Assembly: GCA_003009755.1 (NCBI GenBank)
Contig: PXUB01000033.1
Span: forward strand, 1-16,705
DNA: 16,705 nucleotides
From: Thermoplasmatales archaeon SW_10_69_26
GTDB lineage: Archaea; Thermoplasmatota; SW-10-69-26
Direction: 5' to 3'
The translations under genes and the position numbers were made by a program. How positions within the stretch are numbered: position 1 is the stretch's first letter; every line of letters starts with the position of its first letter. The notes beneath the pieces are model-generated. The model saw only the letters and a program-made list of their open reading frames with translations, had not been told where the DNA came from and did not search any database. Below are positions 15,766 to 16,705 of this stretch, piece after piece.

Positions 15766-15792
15766 AAACAGAAAAGCGTTCCGTTGGAACGC
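15766..15792 (-). promoter_or_regulatory. Perfect inverted repeat followed by a T-rich tract (terminator of the upstream gene, or operator/promoter of the protease gene)
   Basis: Minus strand GCGTTCC-AAC-GGAACGC (15776-15792) immediately followed by TTTTCTGTTT. Confidence 0.5.
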
Positions 15793-15890
15793 CCGTCAGT
15801 GAGGCGGCAACTCGGGTCGCCTGCCCGGTTCGCGCTCGGTCCATCCGGTCGACGACGCGCTGGCGGTGCAGCTGGTCGGGTCCGGCCGGG

Positions 15891-16705
15891 TCACCCGGAC
15901 AGGGGTCCGGTCACCTCGTACCCGATCCTCGACCGGTCCACGAGCACGCCCGGCGTCGCATCCAGCCCCGACTCGCGCGTCACCTCGACCACCAGCTCGT
16001 GCTCACCCTCCACGTTCGACCCCGGCTGCGAATCCGTATCGAACGGCAACAACGTCGCCACCAGCCCCTCACTACTCGTCTCCGTCCGCGTGACCGTCAT
16101 CTCACCCAAGTCCGCGTGCGAGACGGTCAGATTCACCCCAGCACCGGGCACGGCTTGGCCGACCTCGTCGACGACGTACACGCCCGCCGTCGGGCGCTGT
16201 TGGATGCCGACCTCCCCCTCCGGATGACTGACGAGATCGGCCTGCGCGATCACCGCATCCTCCACCACGATCGTGACGTTGGCGGTATCCTGAGCGCCGA
16301 GGTGGTCACTGACGGTCACGGTGGCCGTGTAGACGCCGGCCTCCGGGCCAACCCACGTCGCCTGGGCCCCATCCTGGGATCCGCTGCCATTGGCTGGCAG
16401 CTGCCAGTCGATCGAGATCGGACGATCCTGCGGATGCTCGCTCGGGCTGGCGTCGACGCGGGCGGGCGAGATGCCGTCCGTGACGCGGACCTCCGCCGCG
16501 GTCGTGTTCGCCGTTGGCCCCTGGTTGGCCTCGACGGCCACGGTCGCGTTCTGGTTCGTGACCCGCCCCGCCTCGTCCACGGCCGTGATCGTGTAGGTCA
16601 CGTCCTGGCTGCCGGCGGTGGCCACGGTCTCCTCAGCCACCCACACGCCATCGACCAGCTCGGCGTCGATCGTCGAGCCGTCCACGGTGAAGCTCACCCC
16701 AGCCA
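15891..16705 (-). CDS. 3' end of a PKD/Ig-like domain surface protein (5'-truncated, >270 aa)
   Basis: The frame stays open past the GTG at 16697 to the window edge. Ig-like tail YTITAVDEAG; PKD-like NQGPTA..VDASPSEHPQDRPISIDW..GVYTATVTVSDHLGAQDTANVTIVV; final Ig-like domain VVDEVGQAVPGAGVNLTV..TSSEG. TGA at 15891. Confidence 0.85.
   Translation of the reverse strand, partial: AGVSFTVDGSTIDAELVDGVWVAEETVATAGSQDVTYTITAVDEAGRVTNQNATVAVEANQGPTANTTAAEVRVTDGISPARVDASPSEHPQDRPISIDWQLPANGSGSQDGAQATWVGPEAGVYTATVTVSDHLGAQDTANVTIVVEDAVIAQADLVSHPEGEVGIQQRPTAGVYVVDEVGQAVPGAGVNLTVSHADLGEMTVTRTETSSEGLVATLLPFDTDSQPGSNVEGEHELVVEVTRESGLDATPGVLVDRSRIGYEVTGPLSG

Noticed and set aside
15751-16227. 158-aa plus-strand ORF spanning the intergenic region
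   Set aside because: It is mostly antisense to the 15891..>16705 CDS, is S/T/P-rich and has no motif.
16695-16697. GTG at 16697 as the true start of the right-hand gene
   Set aside because: The frame is open to the window edge, the sequence starts mid-domain and there is no signal peptide.
1-16705. Frequent GTCGAC/GTCGTCG/CGACGG words as possible CRISPR or tandem repeats
   Set aside because: They arise from Val/Asp/Thr codons in acidic proteins and show no regular spacing. I also saw no tRNA, rRNA, transposase or integrase.

Overview
This GC-rich window (roughly 70% by eye, not computed) holds three co-oriented minus-strand genes for large, very acidic (D/E-rich, K-poor), probably secreted proteins, which points to a halophilic archaeon. 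(1) <1..3691 is missing from the ORF track because it runs off the left edge. It encodes >1230 aa: a Sec-type signal peptide, three right-handed beta-helix modules, one PKD domain and Ig/cadherin-like stalk domains. (2) 3889..15687 encodes a 3932-aa giant with two complete propeptide+subtilisin (S8) units, 8 PKD, 2 FN3, 3 DOMON-like, 4 jelly-roll-like domains, one Ig/cadherin-like domain and a C-terminal beta-helix. (3) 15891..>16705 is the 3' end of another PKD/Ig protein. The main observation is that the giant protein appears to contain four Ig-like domains, each split into an N-half and a distant C-half and ordered like balanced brackets. The second protease, with its own internal propeptide, would then sit inside a loop closed by a split Ig clamp. 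Neither complete C-terminus has a membrane anchor, and the giant's terminal beta-helix module matches modules in the downstream gene, which suggests a multi-protein extracellular proteolytic assembly. All domain calls come from motifs read by eye, with no HMM or structure search run.
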